Below, piece after piece: positions 1 to 8,516 of a DNA stretch of 64,000 nucleotides. The stretch spans positions 96,001 to 160,000 of the forward strand of contig CAWFXL010000001.1 of the NCBI GenBank assembly GCA_963819815.1, read 5' to 3'. This stretch comes from an uncultured bacterium (GTDB lineage: Bacteria > Babelota > Babeliae > Babelales > Babelaceae). Every line of letters begins with the position of its first letter. Within the stretch, counting starts at the first letter, position 1. Made by a program: the position numbers and the translations under genes. The notes under the pieces are model-generated. The model was not told the DNA's origin. It saw only the letters and a list, made by a program, of their open reading frames with translations, and made no database searches.

Positions 1-29
1 TTTGTTCCTATGGATGGGTATTTTGGGAG

Positions 30-240
30 TTTTTAAATTTTGGTCGGAGAAAAAGTGTCGATTAGGAAGGGGCTTTCGGCAAAAATAACCAAACGCAACC
101 CCTCTTTCTTTTGGTTGGAATTGAGAAAGTTTTTATAATGGTTGACTCGATCAATTGATCGCAGTTTGGCCGAATTTTTTGTTGGAGGTTTTAATTGTTG
201 ACGTTCCGACCAAAAGAAAATATACTTTCATTTGGTCGGA
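30..240. repeat. Copy 1 of ~210-bp diverged direct repeat carrying ACCAAA-N16-TTTGGT inverted sites
   Basis: Aligns by eye with 1425-1637 (shared blocks TTTTTAAATTTTGGTCGGAG, AAAATAACCAAACGCAACCCCTCTTTC, CGACCAAAAGAAA). Confidence 0.85.
198..240 (+). promoter_or_regulatory. sigma70 promoter overlapped by a 10-bp inverted repeat (putative operator)
   Basis: TTGACG(198-203)-17 nt-TATACT(221-226); TCCGACCAAA(205-214)-N16-TTTGGTCGGA(231-240). Confidence 0.75.
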
Positions 241-260
241 GGTGTGTGGAGGGATATGGT

Positions 261-1403
261 ATGATTCTAAGACAAATTTGGCTGGATAAAATATATGCAG
301 CATGGAAAAAACGCTCAATCGTGTGGTTAGCTGGTGTGCGGCGATCTGGCAAAACGACACTCTGTAAGAGCATTGATAATATCGCATATTTTGATTGTGA
401 TCTTCCTGAAGTGCGCAAAGACCTTTCTAATCCTACAGCCTTTCTTAGTTCGGTTAAATCCAACATTTTGGCTTTTGATGAAGTTCATAGACTTAAAGAT
501 CCCTCACAATTTTTAAAGATTGCAGCAGACCATTATCCTGAGAAAAGAATCATTGCCACAGGATCTTCGACGTTGCACGCTATTAAGAAATTTAGTGATA
601 CCTTAACAGGGCGAAAGATTGAGGTTCATTTGACGCCTTTGTTAGTGGAAGAGGGGGCTCTTTTTGGTATGGTTGATCTCGATCATAGGTTTCTTTTTGG
701 AGGGTTGCCGCCTTTCTTTCTCAGTAAAGAATTACCTGATTATGAGTACCAAGAATGGATGACGTCATTTTGGGCAAAGGATATTCAAACGCTTTTTAGG
801 GTCGCAAATAGGGATTCATTTCTAAAGTTTACAGAACTATTGCTCGCTCAAAGTGGCAGTTCATTCGAGGCTTCAAGATTTACAGATGTATGTGAGGTCA
901 GCAGGCCCACTATAGTGAATTATCTTAAGATCTTAGAAACGTCTTATATTGCTCGAGTACTTCGGCCCTTTACGGGACGTAATACGGCTGGAGAAATAAA
1001 ATCTGCTCCTAAAGTATATGGCTTTGATACAGGATTTATTTGTCATATGAGGCATTGGAAGAGTTTGAAGGGATCTGATTATGGGCCGTTTTGGGAACAT
1101 CTTGTCTTAAATGAGCTTATTGGGCAATTGCAGTACGCAAAAATTTGCTACTGGAGAACAAAGTATGGTCATGAAATCGATTTTGTTATTCTAAAAGATC
1201 GAGACGAAGCTCCTATAGCAATAGAATGCAAATGGACATTCCGATCATTTAGTCCAGAAAATTTTAAAGCCTTTCGAAAGCTCTATCCCAAAGGCATGAA
1301 CTACGTCGTTGTTTCAGACATAGACGGTATTCTTGAAAGAAAGTATGATGATATAACTGTTCAATTCATGCCCATTGCAGATCTTGCAAAGACTTTAGCC
1401 TGA
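261..1403 (+). CDS. AAA_14 family ATPase with C-terminal DUF4143 / PD-(D/E)XK-like domain
   Basis: Walker A GVRRSGKTT, Walker B FDEVH, TGSS motif, C-terminal EIDFV..AIECKW. ATG at 261 after GGAGGG preferred over TTG at 195. Confidence 0.85.
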   Translation: MILRQIWLDKIYAAWKKRSIVWLAGVRRSGKTTLCKSIDNIAYFDCDLPEVRKDLSNPTAFLSSVKSNILAFDEVHRLKDPSQFLKIAADHYPEKRIIATGSSTLHAIKKFSDTLTGRKIEVHLTPLLVEEGALFGMVDLDHRFLFGGLPPFFLSKELPDYEYQEWMTSFWAKDIQTLFRVANRDSFLKFTELLLAQSGSSFEASRFTDVCEVSRPTIVNYLKILETSYIARVLRPFTGRNTAGEIKSAPKVYGFDTGFICHMRHWKSLKGSDYGPFWEHLVLNELIGQLQYAKICYWRTKYGHEIDFVILKDRDEAPIAIECKWTFRSFSPENFKAFRKLYPKGMNYVVVSDIDGILERKYDDITVQFMPIADLAKTLA

Positions 1404-1424
1404 TTTTTTAGGGTGTTTAAAGAT

Positions 1425-1637
1425 TTTTTAAATTTTGGTCGGAGGAAAGGTTGTGATCAAGAGGGCGCTTTCAGCGAAAATAACCAAACGCAACCCCTCT
1501 TTCCTTTGGTCGGATTTTGGAAGTTTTTCATAATAATTGACTTAATCAACTGATTCGCAACTTGCCCGAGTTTTTCATGGGAGTCTTAATTATAGGATGC
1601 TGCGACCAAAAGAAAGCATGTTTACGCTTGGTCGGTT
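1425..1637. repeat. Copy 2 of the ~210-bp direct repeat (promoter boxes decayed)
   Basis: Similar to 30-240; inverted sites at 1482-1510 and 1603-1634 retained. Confidence 0.85.
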
Positions 1638-1690
1638 ATTTAGGCGGTCCTAAAGAAATCTCAGATAATCTCAATAACATGAATATTATC

Positions 1691-1927
1691 TCAGATTAGA
1701 GAATCTTCAGCGAGCGGTTTAATTAACTTAAAACGGGGCACTGCTTGACCATTCATCTCTACAGTCTCACTAAACATCTTAGCTGGACGTACCCAAAGAC
1801 TATAATCACCATAAAGAGTCTGATATACAACCATTTCTTCTAAGGTTTCCGAATGTCGGGCGAGTCCGATGACTCTGTAAACGTCTCCACGATAATGTTG
1901 ATAAAGGCCTAAAGAGAATTTTGTCAT
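1691..1927 (-). CDS. DUF1653 family protein
   Basis: GLYQHYRG..Y.V...ARHSETLEEMVVYQ.LYG....WVRP..MF...RF signature. Confidence 0.85.
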   Translation of the reverse strand: MTKFSLGLYQHYRGDVYRVIGLARHSETLEEMVVYQTLYGDYSLWVRPAKMFSETVEMNGQAVPRFKLIKPLAEDSLI

Positions 1928-2556
1928 TGTTTTTTATCATCCCTTGCGAGTGTTTCTAAGGAATTAAACTTGAGAGGAACGATGATCTTACCGGTCTTAT
2001 CAATCTTTCCCCATTTGCCACCAACTAACGAAAAAAACATCTCTTCCCGAGATTGATGGAAAGAACTGGAGCTTAATGGTAGGAAAGTTGGCTTTTGAGG
2101 ATACTCTGCATGGCATCCGATACTGACATTGGAAGTACCATTTTTAAATGGGCTGGCAAAATCAAACTCAGGTTTAATAACCACATGTCCCCGATGATCA
2201 TGAAAGCCAATCTTGCCCGTTTTGGGATCGATAAACCGAGTCAGACCTTCTTCATAATAATCTGGGCCGTTATCAAAAAAGACGCTTTCAAATTTAATTT
2301 TGCCATCTTGGGAAATCCTATAGGTAGTCCAATTTTTTAAAACACCCACGAGATATTCAGTCTCTTTGTTTTTAGGACTGAAGACCTCTTCAGTGGTGGC
2401 ATAGACAGCAGCAAATTGTGGCTTAATAACCACAATTCCCTGAGCATCTTTGAAACCCCACAGTTCTGTGGTTTCGTCATGATAGGCAACAAGTCCTGCT
2501 TCTGCTACAACCGGAGAAAGAAAGAGTAGTAAGAGGGCGATGGATGTTTTAAGCAT
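1924..2556 (-). CDS. Secreted WG-repeat (KWG Leptospira-type) protein
   Basis: Signal peptide; repeats WGFKD..G.VVIKPQF, IGFHD..G.VVIKPEFDFASPF, KWGKIDKTGKIIVP; FDNGPDY motif. Confidence 0.8.
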   Translation of the reverse strand: MLKTSIALLLLFLSPVVAEAGLVAYHDETTELWGFKDAQGIVVIKPQFAAVYATTEEVFSPKNKETEYLVGVLKNWTTYRISQDGKIKFESVFFDNGPDYYEEGLTRFIDPKTGKIGFHDHRGHVVIKPEFDFASPFKNGTSNVSIGCHAEYPQKPTFLPLSSSSFHQSREEMFFSLVGGKWGKIDKTGKIIVPLKFNSLETLARDDKKQ

Positions 2557-3101
2557 GTGAAACCTCTGCTAGTATTGTTATAAGCATATTTGATTAGAGT
2601 AGCATAGTTTTCTATCAGTATCTGTAAGTGTCCTCGAATGGTGCATTATAGCTAATATTATGTTAGTTTTCATGGTTAGTGATATTTTGTGCTTATATCA
2701 CGAACAAGCATAGCAAACTTACTTCCTTTGGGATAGTAGTATCGGACTAATCAATTGGCATTCTCCGCGGAACTGAAAGTGTCTTTATTGGAGATGGACG
2801 CATAATTAGGGGAGTCTTAGGGGCTCTTCGGAACAAAGTGCTTCTAAATCGATATTCTGGTTTGGACCGGATAAAATTCGCACTCTGTGATAAAAAGAAG
2901 TATACTGAGTTCCAAGGTTAAAACTCTTTTAGGTATGATGGAGCCAGGAGAAGAGCATTATGACGTGACAGGTTCTTTTTAGCGCGAAAGCGTTGCTTAA
3001 TGCATGATGTGGTCGTGCGCATATGCTTGATACGTAATAAACTTGTCAAGTAAAGGTGCTCTGACATAGGTATATATCATTAATCTAAAGGATCTTAGTA
3101 T

Positions 3102-4619
3102 ATGTTTGAATCTCTCTATCAATTATTAGAATTACCCATTAAATATTTGGGCCTTGCGGGAACGATCACGCTAGGCTTTGGTGTCATCTTTATAATCTTG
3201 AGTTTGATTTTCGGAGCTCGAAATGTTTTAAAGCCCATGTTTGGTGACTTTGAAACTGAAGAACTCAAAAAATTCATCCTTCTTGGTTTAATTTTTGGTC
3301 TCATTATTGGTATTTACTGGACCTTACGTCCTTTGAAAGATGCACTCTTTCAAGAAATCGTTGGCGGTGAATGGCAGCCTCGTGCTAAATGGCTCTCTTT
3401 AGTAGCTATTTTGCCTCTCGTTGTTATCTATAGCAAACTTGTTGAGATGTTGTCCCGTCAAAATCTTTTCTATGTCATGTCTGCTGCCTATGGTATAGCA
3501 ACTTTGATTTTGGCATGGTTCTTCTTCCATCCGACCTACGGGCTTGAAAATCTGCATGCAGATCCATCACGTCTTCTTGGGTGGGTGTGGTATGTGTTTG
3601 TTGAAAGCTTTGGCTCCTTGCTTGTAGCGCTCTTTTGGGCTTTCGCTACGGACATCACAAAAGCAGAATCGGCGAAGAAAGGATTTTTCTTGGTTGCAAT
3701 GTTTGGGCAGATCGGGGGCATATTTGGACCTCTGATGACCAAAATTCCAAAGATATATAATGTAAGCAATGCCTATCCGGTGGTTGCCTGTGGATTCTTA
3801 ATTTTGCTTATTATACCGCTTGTTTGGTTCTTTATGAGAACTGTTCCAGCGTCCCAGATGAAAGGGTTTGAGGGAACTGAGCCTAAAGACACTAAGCATG
3901 AGGCTGAGCCCGGGTTCTTCGAAGGCTTGAAGTTGATGGTCTCAAAACCTTACTTGTTAGGGATTTTTGGTATCATCTCCTTCTATGAAATTATTGTCAC
4001 CGTTTTTGACTATTACTTTAAACTCATGGCACAGGCCAACATTCTTGATAAAGCTGAAAAGCTTCACTTCTTGGGTGAATATGCACAGTTTGCAAACCTT
4101 GCCACCTTCGTGTGCTTGATATTTGGTATCAGCAACATTCAGCGCTACTTGGGTCTTACAGCATCTTTGGTGTTGATGCCTATGTTAGTTACCTGTGCTG
4201 TTGCGGTATTCAGGTTCTATCCAGCATTAACGCCTCTATTCTGGCTCATGGTTGCATCAAAAGCAGTAAACTATGCCTTAAATAGTCCTTCTATGAAACA
4301 GCTGTATATTCCTACAACTGAAGATGTTCGTTACAAGTCCCAGGCTTGGATTGAAACCTTTGGATCACGAGGATCTAAAGCAGGGGGATCAGCTATCACT
4401 GATCAGCATCAAAATGTAGTTATTGCAAATGGGCCTCAGTGGGCCGATAAGGCATTCAGAAAAGAGCATATGTTCCAACCAGAGGATCTTGGCTCATTCT
4501 GGTACATGGCAATTAGTTGCTATTTCTTCCTCGGTGTCCTTGCTGTGTGGGTATTTGTAGCCCTATACCTTGGTAGAACGTATCAAAAAGCTGTTGATAG
4601 TAACAAGGTTGTTTGCTAG
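3102..4619 (+). CDS. ATP/ADP translocase (NTT/TLC family) nucleotide transporter
   Basis: ~12 TM; motifs LRPLKD, FWAFA, NYALN.P..QLYIPT..D.RYK..AWIETFGSR..KAGGS. Confidence 0.85.
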   Translation: MFESLYQLLELPIKYLGLAGTITLGFGVIFIILSLIFGARNVLKPMFGDFETEELKKFILLGLIFGLIIGIYWTLRPLKDALFQEIVGGEWQPRAKWLSLVAILPLVVIYSKLVEMLSRQNLFYVMSAAYGIATLILAWFFFHPTYGLENLHADPSRLLGWVWYVFVESFGSLLVALFWAFATDITKAESAKKGFFLVAMFGQIGGIFGPLMTKIPKIYNVSNAYPVVACGFLILLIIPLVWFFMRTVPASQMKGFEGTEPKDTKHEAEPGFFEGLKLMVSKPYLLGIFGIISFYEIIVTVFDYYFKLMAQANILDKAEKLHFLGEYAQFANLATFVCLIFGISNIQRYLGLTASLVLMPMLVTCAVAVFRFYPALTPLFWLMVASKAVNYALNSPSMKQLYIPTTEDVRYKSQAWIETFGSRGSKAGGSAITDQHQNVVIANGPQWADKAFRKEHMFQPEDLGSFWYMAISCYFFLGVLAVWVFVALYLGRTYQKAVDSNKVVC

Positions 4620-4637
4620 AGAGCTTAATGTGAATTT

Positions 4638-4714
4638 AAAAGACCTTTCTTCTTTGGCATTGTACGTAAGACAAGCGATGTGTGCGTTATCTGCCACGTG
4701 AAGAAAGGTCTTTT
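4638..4714 (+). terminator. Long stem-loop / terminator between the two NTT genes
   Basis: AAAAGACCTTTCTTC ... GAAGAAAGGTCTTTT 15-bp arms followed by T run. Confidence 0.6.
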
Positions 4715-4755
4715 TTGTAGTAGACTGTATCTAAGATGGATGTTGACTGGGGGGA

Positions 4756-6303
4756 TTGTCGATGACAGCAAGGCTAAAGCGAAGTTTTAAGCGGTTGCTT
4801 AATGTTGATTCGCAGGAAGTGCAAAAAGTACTTCTATTGACTATTACGTTCTTCTTATTGATTGGTGCTTATACGGTAACAAGAGAGCTTAAGGATGTAG
4901 TGTTTGCAACCATTGTGGGAACAGACAAATACCTATTCGCTCTTGCTAAGATTTTCTCGATGCTTGTGCTTATTCCAGCTATATTTTTCCATTCGCGCTT
5001 AGTCGACCTTGTACGACGACATAATTTACTCTATTTCTATTCTATATTATTCACGATATTAGGGTTTGTGTTTGTGTATTATCTAGGGGACCCCGTTATT
5101 GGGCTTCCCAACGTTATCAGCGCGCCGAACCGTCTTTTTGGGTGGTTCTTCTATTTCTTTATTGAAGGATATTCACCCTTGGTTGTGAGCGTATTTTGGG
5201 CTTTTGCTAACTCAATTACCAAGCCTCAGGCTGCGAAAAACAACTATCCAGTAATGATAGCTGGCTCTAAGCTGGGAGGTATCATCTGCGCAACTATTGG
5301 TTGGTCGATACTGATTTCAGGCTCATGGTCAGATACAGTTAATCTACAGCTCTTGCTTGGCTATTCCACGATTATTTTAGGGCTTGTTCCTTTTGCGATC
5401 TATTACTTGGTCAATAAAGTTCCTAAATCAGAAATGCACGGTTATGAGGCTGGATACCAGCTTCGCCAAGAGGCCCGCAAACGGCATATCGTTGAGCAAC
5501 GGTCTGCTTTTCAGAGCATGTTCTCAGGCTTTTCGTTACTTTTTCAATATCCCTACGTCATGGGCATTTTTGGCATGACGTTCTTCTTTGAGATGGTTAT
5601 CCAGGCCCTCAAGGTAGAGAACATTATTTTTGTGAAAACGGTCTCAGCAAACAATCTATCCTTGTTTGCTTCGGTCTTATTGTGGCAGGCCATCTTAGTA
5701 CACGTCGTTGCTTTCGTAGTTGTGCTCTTCGGGACTCGAGCGATTATTACGGCTCTTGGTGAGCGGCGCTCATTAATGGTTATTCCCGCTGTTACAGGAC
5801 TCTCGGTGCTTGTGTTCCTCATAAGCCCTTCATATGCTACGGCAATCTTTGCTTTCGTGGTGACCCGTTCAATTAACTATGCGTTTGCAGCTCCGTTACG
5901 TGAAAGCCTGTACATTCCAACCATAAAAGAGATCCAGTTTAAATCAAAATCTTGGATCGATGGATTTGGAAGTAAGTTTGCAAAAACGTGCGCACAATCA
6001 TTTAACTGGTACACCAATGATCTATTTGGATCAGTACTGCTTATGGCGCAGACGAGCTATTTTGGTGTGGTAGTGTTTTTCTGGTTCCTTGCATCCTATG
6101 CTCTTGGATATCGCTTTGAAACAGCGGTTGCTAATAATGAAGTTATTGGGGCTGCAGAGCTTGAACCTGAACTTGAGGCTGCTCAAGGGGGTGAGCAACC
6201 ACTGCCAACCGATCTGGTACCAGTAAAAGAAGATTCAAAAGTCCCAAAGGACCCGAAGAACTTTAAGGATTCTTCCCATTCTTCATCTAATCGAATGCTT
6301 TAA
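4756..6303 (+). CDS. Second NTT/TLC family nucleotide transporter
   Basis: Multi-TM; TRELKD, FWAFANSI, NYAF..P.RESLYIPT....FKSKSWID.FGSKFAK; start uncertain (TTG 4756 or ATG 4762). Confidence 0.85.
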   Translation: MSMTARLKRSFKRLLNVDSQEVQKVLLLTITFFLLIGAYTVTRELKDVVFATIVGTDKYLFALAKIFSMLVLIPAIFFHSRLVDLVRRHNLLYFYSILFTILGFVFVYYLGDPVIGLPNVISAPNRLFGWFFYFFIEGYSPLVVSVFWAFANSITKPQAAKNNYPVMIAGSKLGGIICATIGWSILISGSWSDTVNLQLLLGYSTIILGLVPFAIYYLVNKVPKSEMHGYEAGYQLRQEARKRHIVEQRSAFQSMFSGFSLLFQYPYVMGIFGMTFFFEMVIQALKVENIIFVKTVSANNLSLFASVLLWQAILVHVVAFVVVLFGTRAIITALGERRSLMVIPAVTGLSVLVFLISPSYATAIFAFVVTRSINYAFAAPLRESLYIPTIKEIQFKSKSWIDGFGSKFAKTCAQSFNWYTNDLFGSVLLMAQTSYFGVVVFFWFLASYALGYRFETAVANNEVIGAAELEPELEAAQGGEQPLPTDLVPVKEDSKVPKDPKNFKDSSHSSSNRML

Positions 6304-6319
6304 TCAGTACGCAAATCAG

Positions 6320-6353
6320 AGCCCCTTCACAGAGAAATTCTGCGAAGGGGCTT
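6320..6353 (+). terminator. Intrinsic terminator
   Basis: AGCCCCTTC...GAAGGGGCT hairpin after stop. Confidence 0.65.
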
Positions 6354-6852
6354 TATTCCTTTTGGTGGCTGATTGCAGGTGAGGATCACTGTACGTAGCG
6401 ATTCCTCACCGAATCAGTTGTAGTGGTAGTGGCTAAAGAAGAGAAGTTAGCCTATGACAGATGAGAATCTTCATTACTCTCAAAGCACATCATAGAATGG
6501 TGTCGCTTTCCCTTTGGCCATTATTACCATACTACAGGTGAGTTTCAAAAATCAAGGATTCTTGCGTTTTTGGTACTAATCGGCATCTTAGCCGCACTTT
6601 TTGAGTATACCAGGCTTACTCATGTACTTCGGCGAGGGTCTCTGGCGATAGGGGTGGTGGAGAGTTCTATGGCAGGAGTACTGGGCTGGCATTGTCGGTT
6701 TTGATATTTTCCAAGATTTTGGTACAATTGGGGTATGTGTAAATGCACGAAATGTGCGTATCTTATCACTTATTTTCCCAAATCAGGGTGGTTGAGGGCT
6801 TTTTCAAGTCAAGCCGGAAAATAATTGGAACATAACCCTGTGGAGTATCTAC

Positions 6853-7956
6853 ATGATCGATTTACGTTTATTAATCACGAATGGTGTCCAATTTGGTCAT
6901 CAAACATCTCGTTGGTGTCCTAAAATGGCTCCCTATATCTGGGGCTATAAAAACGGTATCCATCTTATTGATGTGAGTAAGACAGCTCAGCAATTAGAGA
7001 TAGCTTCAAAGTTCCTTGAGGGGATAGCTGCTCAGGGGCGGACTATTTTATTTGTGGGAACAAAGAAAGCTGCTCAGGAGAGCGTTAAAAAAGTTGCACA
7101 AGAATTAAAGCTGCCATTTGTGGTTCACCGATGGGTAGGAGGTACTTTTACTAACTATCGTCAGGTACGTAAAGCTATTGCGAATATGATCGATTCTGAA
7201 GAAGTATTGAAAAAATCAGATACGCTTAACTACACAAAAAAAGAGTTGAATCTTCTTAAAAAACGTACCTCTCGTCTTGAAAATATCGTTGGTGGTATTC
7301 GTCAGCTCAGCTGGCCAGTAGGCGCTGTAGTTGTGGTTGATGTCAAAAAAGAAAGTGTGGCAATAAGCGAAGCTAAAGCTTCAGGAATTCCTGTGGTAGC
7401 TCTTGTAGATACCAATTGTGATCCATCGTTTATTGATTATGTAATTCCCGCAAATGATGATGCCCCACGTTCCATCGCAGTGCTTCTTGATTATATTGAA
7501 CAAGCTGTTGCTCGTGGTCAAAAAGCATGTGCTGAAAGACCTAAGAGTGAAACTGCATTTGAAGAGACACTTCTAGAAACTCTGTATGTTGATGAAGATG
7601 AAGATGCCCTTCTACCTAAAAAAGCTCTTAAGCCGAAACCTAAAAAGATTGAGGTAGCAGCTGAGCTTGAAGTAGAAGAAAAGAGCATTAAAGGTCCTAA
7701 GGGGGTGGAAGAGCTTGTTGTAGCTCAACCAATGGCCCCTAAAAAACCGGTAATCGCTGAGAACCTAAATCAGGCTCCAGAACCCACGTCAGAAAAAGTT
7801 GCGAAGCCTCATAAGGCAGACGAAGAGGCCAAAGAAGCAGTCGCTGCTGCAGCAAAACCAAAAAAAGCTGCTACGCCGGATACTACTGAAAAAGCAAAGG
7901 CGACAAAAGCTAAGGCTACCAAGCCAGCTGCTAAGAAAGAGAAAGCGACCGAGTAA
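6853..7956 (+). CDS. rpsB: 30S ribosomal protein S2 with long K/A/E/P-rich C-terminal tail
   Basis: GVQFGH...W.PKM.PYI, FVGTK, RWVGGTFTN, VDTNCDP..IDYVIPANDD. Confidence 0.97.
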   Translation: MIDLRLLITNGVQFGHQTSRWCPKMAPYIWGYKNGIHLIDVSKTAQQLEIASKFLEGIAAQGRTILFVGTKKAAQESVKKVAQELKLPFVVHRWVGGTFTNYRQVRKAIANMIDSEEVLKKSDTLNYTKKELNLLKKRTSRLENIVGGIRQLSWPVGAVVVVDVKKESVAISEAKASGIPVVALVDTNCDPSFIDYVIPANDDAPRSIAVLLDYIEQAVARGQKACAERPKSETAFEETLLETLYVDEDEDALLPKKALKPKPKKIEVAAELEVEEKSIKGPKGVEELVVAQPMAPKKPVIAENLNQAPEPTSEKVAKPHKADEEAKEAVAAAAKPKKAATPDTTEKAKATKAKATKPAAKKEKATE

Positions 7957-7966
7957 AACGGTCTAT

Positions 7967-8059
7967 GGAGAGGTGTCTGAGTGGCTGAAGGAGCGTGATT
8001 GGAAATCGCGTATACTCTCAAAAAGGGTATCGAGGGTTCGAATCCCTCTCTCTCCACCA
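7967..8059 (+). tRNA. tRNA-Ser(GGA)
   Basis: GGAGAGG acceptor, anticodon loop TTGGAAA, long variable arm, GGTTCGAATCC T-loop, encoded CCA. Confidence 0.95.
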
Positions 8060-8072
8060 AGTATTTAAAAAT

Positions 8073-8156
8073 TGGAAGTTTATAAGGAATGTTTATATTT
8101 AATCTGTCAGGACCGAAAGGTAGCAGCAGGAGTATAAGCTTCTTGTATAAACTTCC
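8073..8156 (+). ncRNA. ffs: SRP RNA (4.5S, small bacterial type)
   Basis: Domain IV motif TCAGGACCGAAAGGTAGCAGC inside a long hairpin closed by GGAAGTTTATA / TATAAACTTCC. Confidence 0.85.
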
Positions 8157-8436
8157 ATTTTTCACATCTAGCCTCTGATGGCTCAATAATGCTTTTGGGA
8201 AGAGATAGCCAAACTGCCTACCTTGCGTCTAACTACTCATCTTATCTTATTCCAATGGATTGTCTTATCAAGACTTAGAGCCATTGCATGATTTGTTACT
8301 GGGCCTTTGCTCGGTTATAAAATAGGATAATTTTGATGCTCAATGAAGTTGGACCCCCTGCATATCCCAGTGAGTAGGTGGATCATGCTGGTGTGCACTG
8401 GGCGGTTATACATGGTATAAGAGTGTAGCAAAACTG

Positions 8437-8496
8437 AACTTCCGGCGATTGTTCTATTGAGCTGAATGCAGTTTTCAATAGAGACCGCCGGAAGTT
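8437..8496. terminator. Long hairpin, probable terminator downstream of the minus-strand 561-aa gene
   Basis: AACTTCCGGCG/CGCCGGAAGTT outer arms and TCTATTGA/TCAATAGA inner arms. Confidence 0.55.
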
Positions 8497-8516
8497 TTTG
8501 TGGAAAGCTTAATTGG

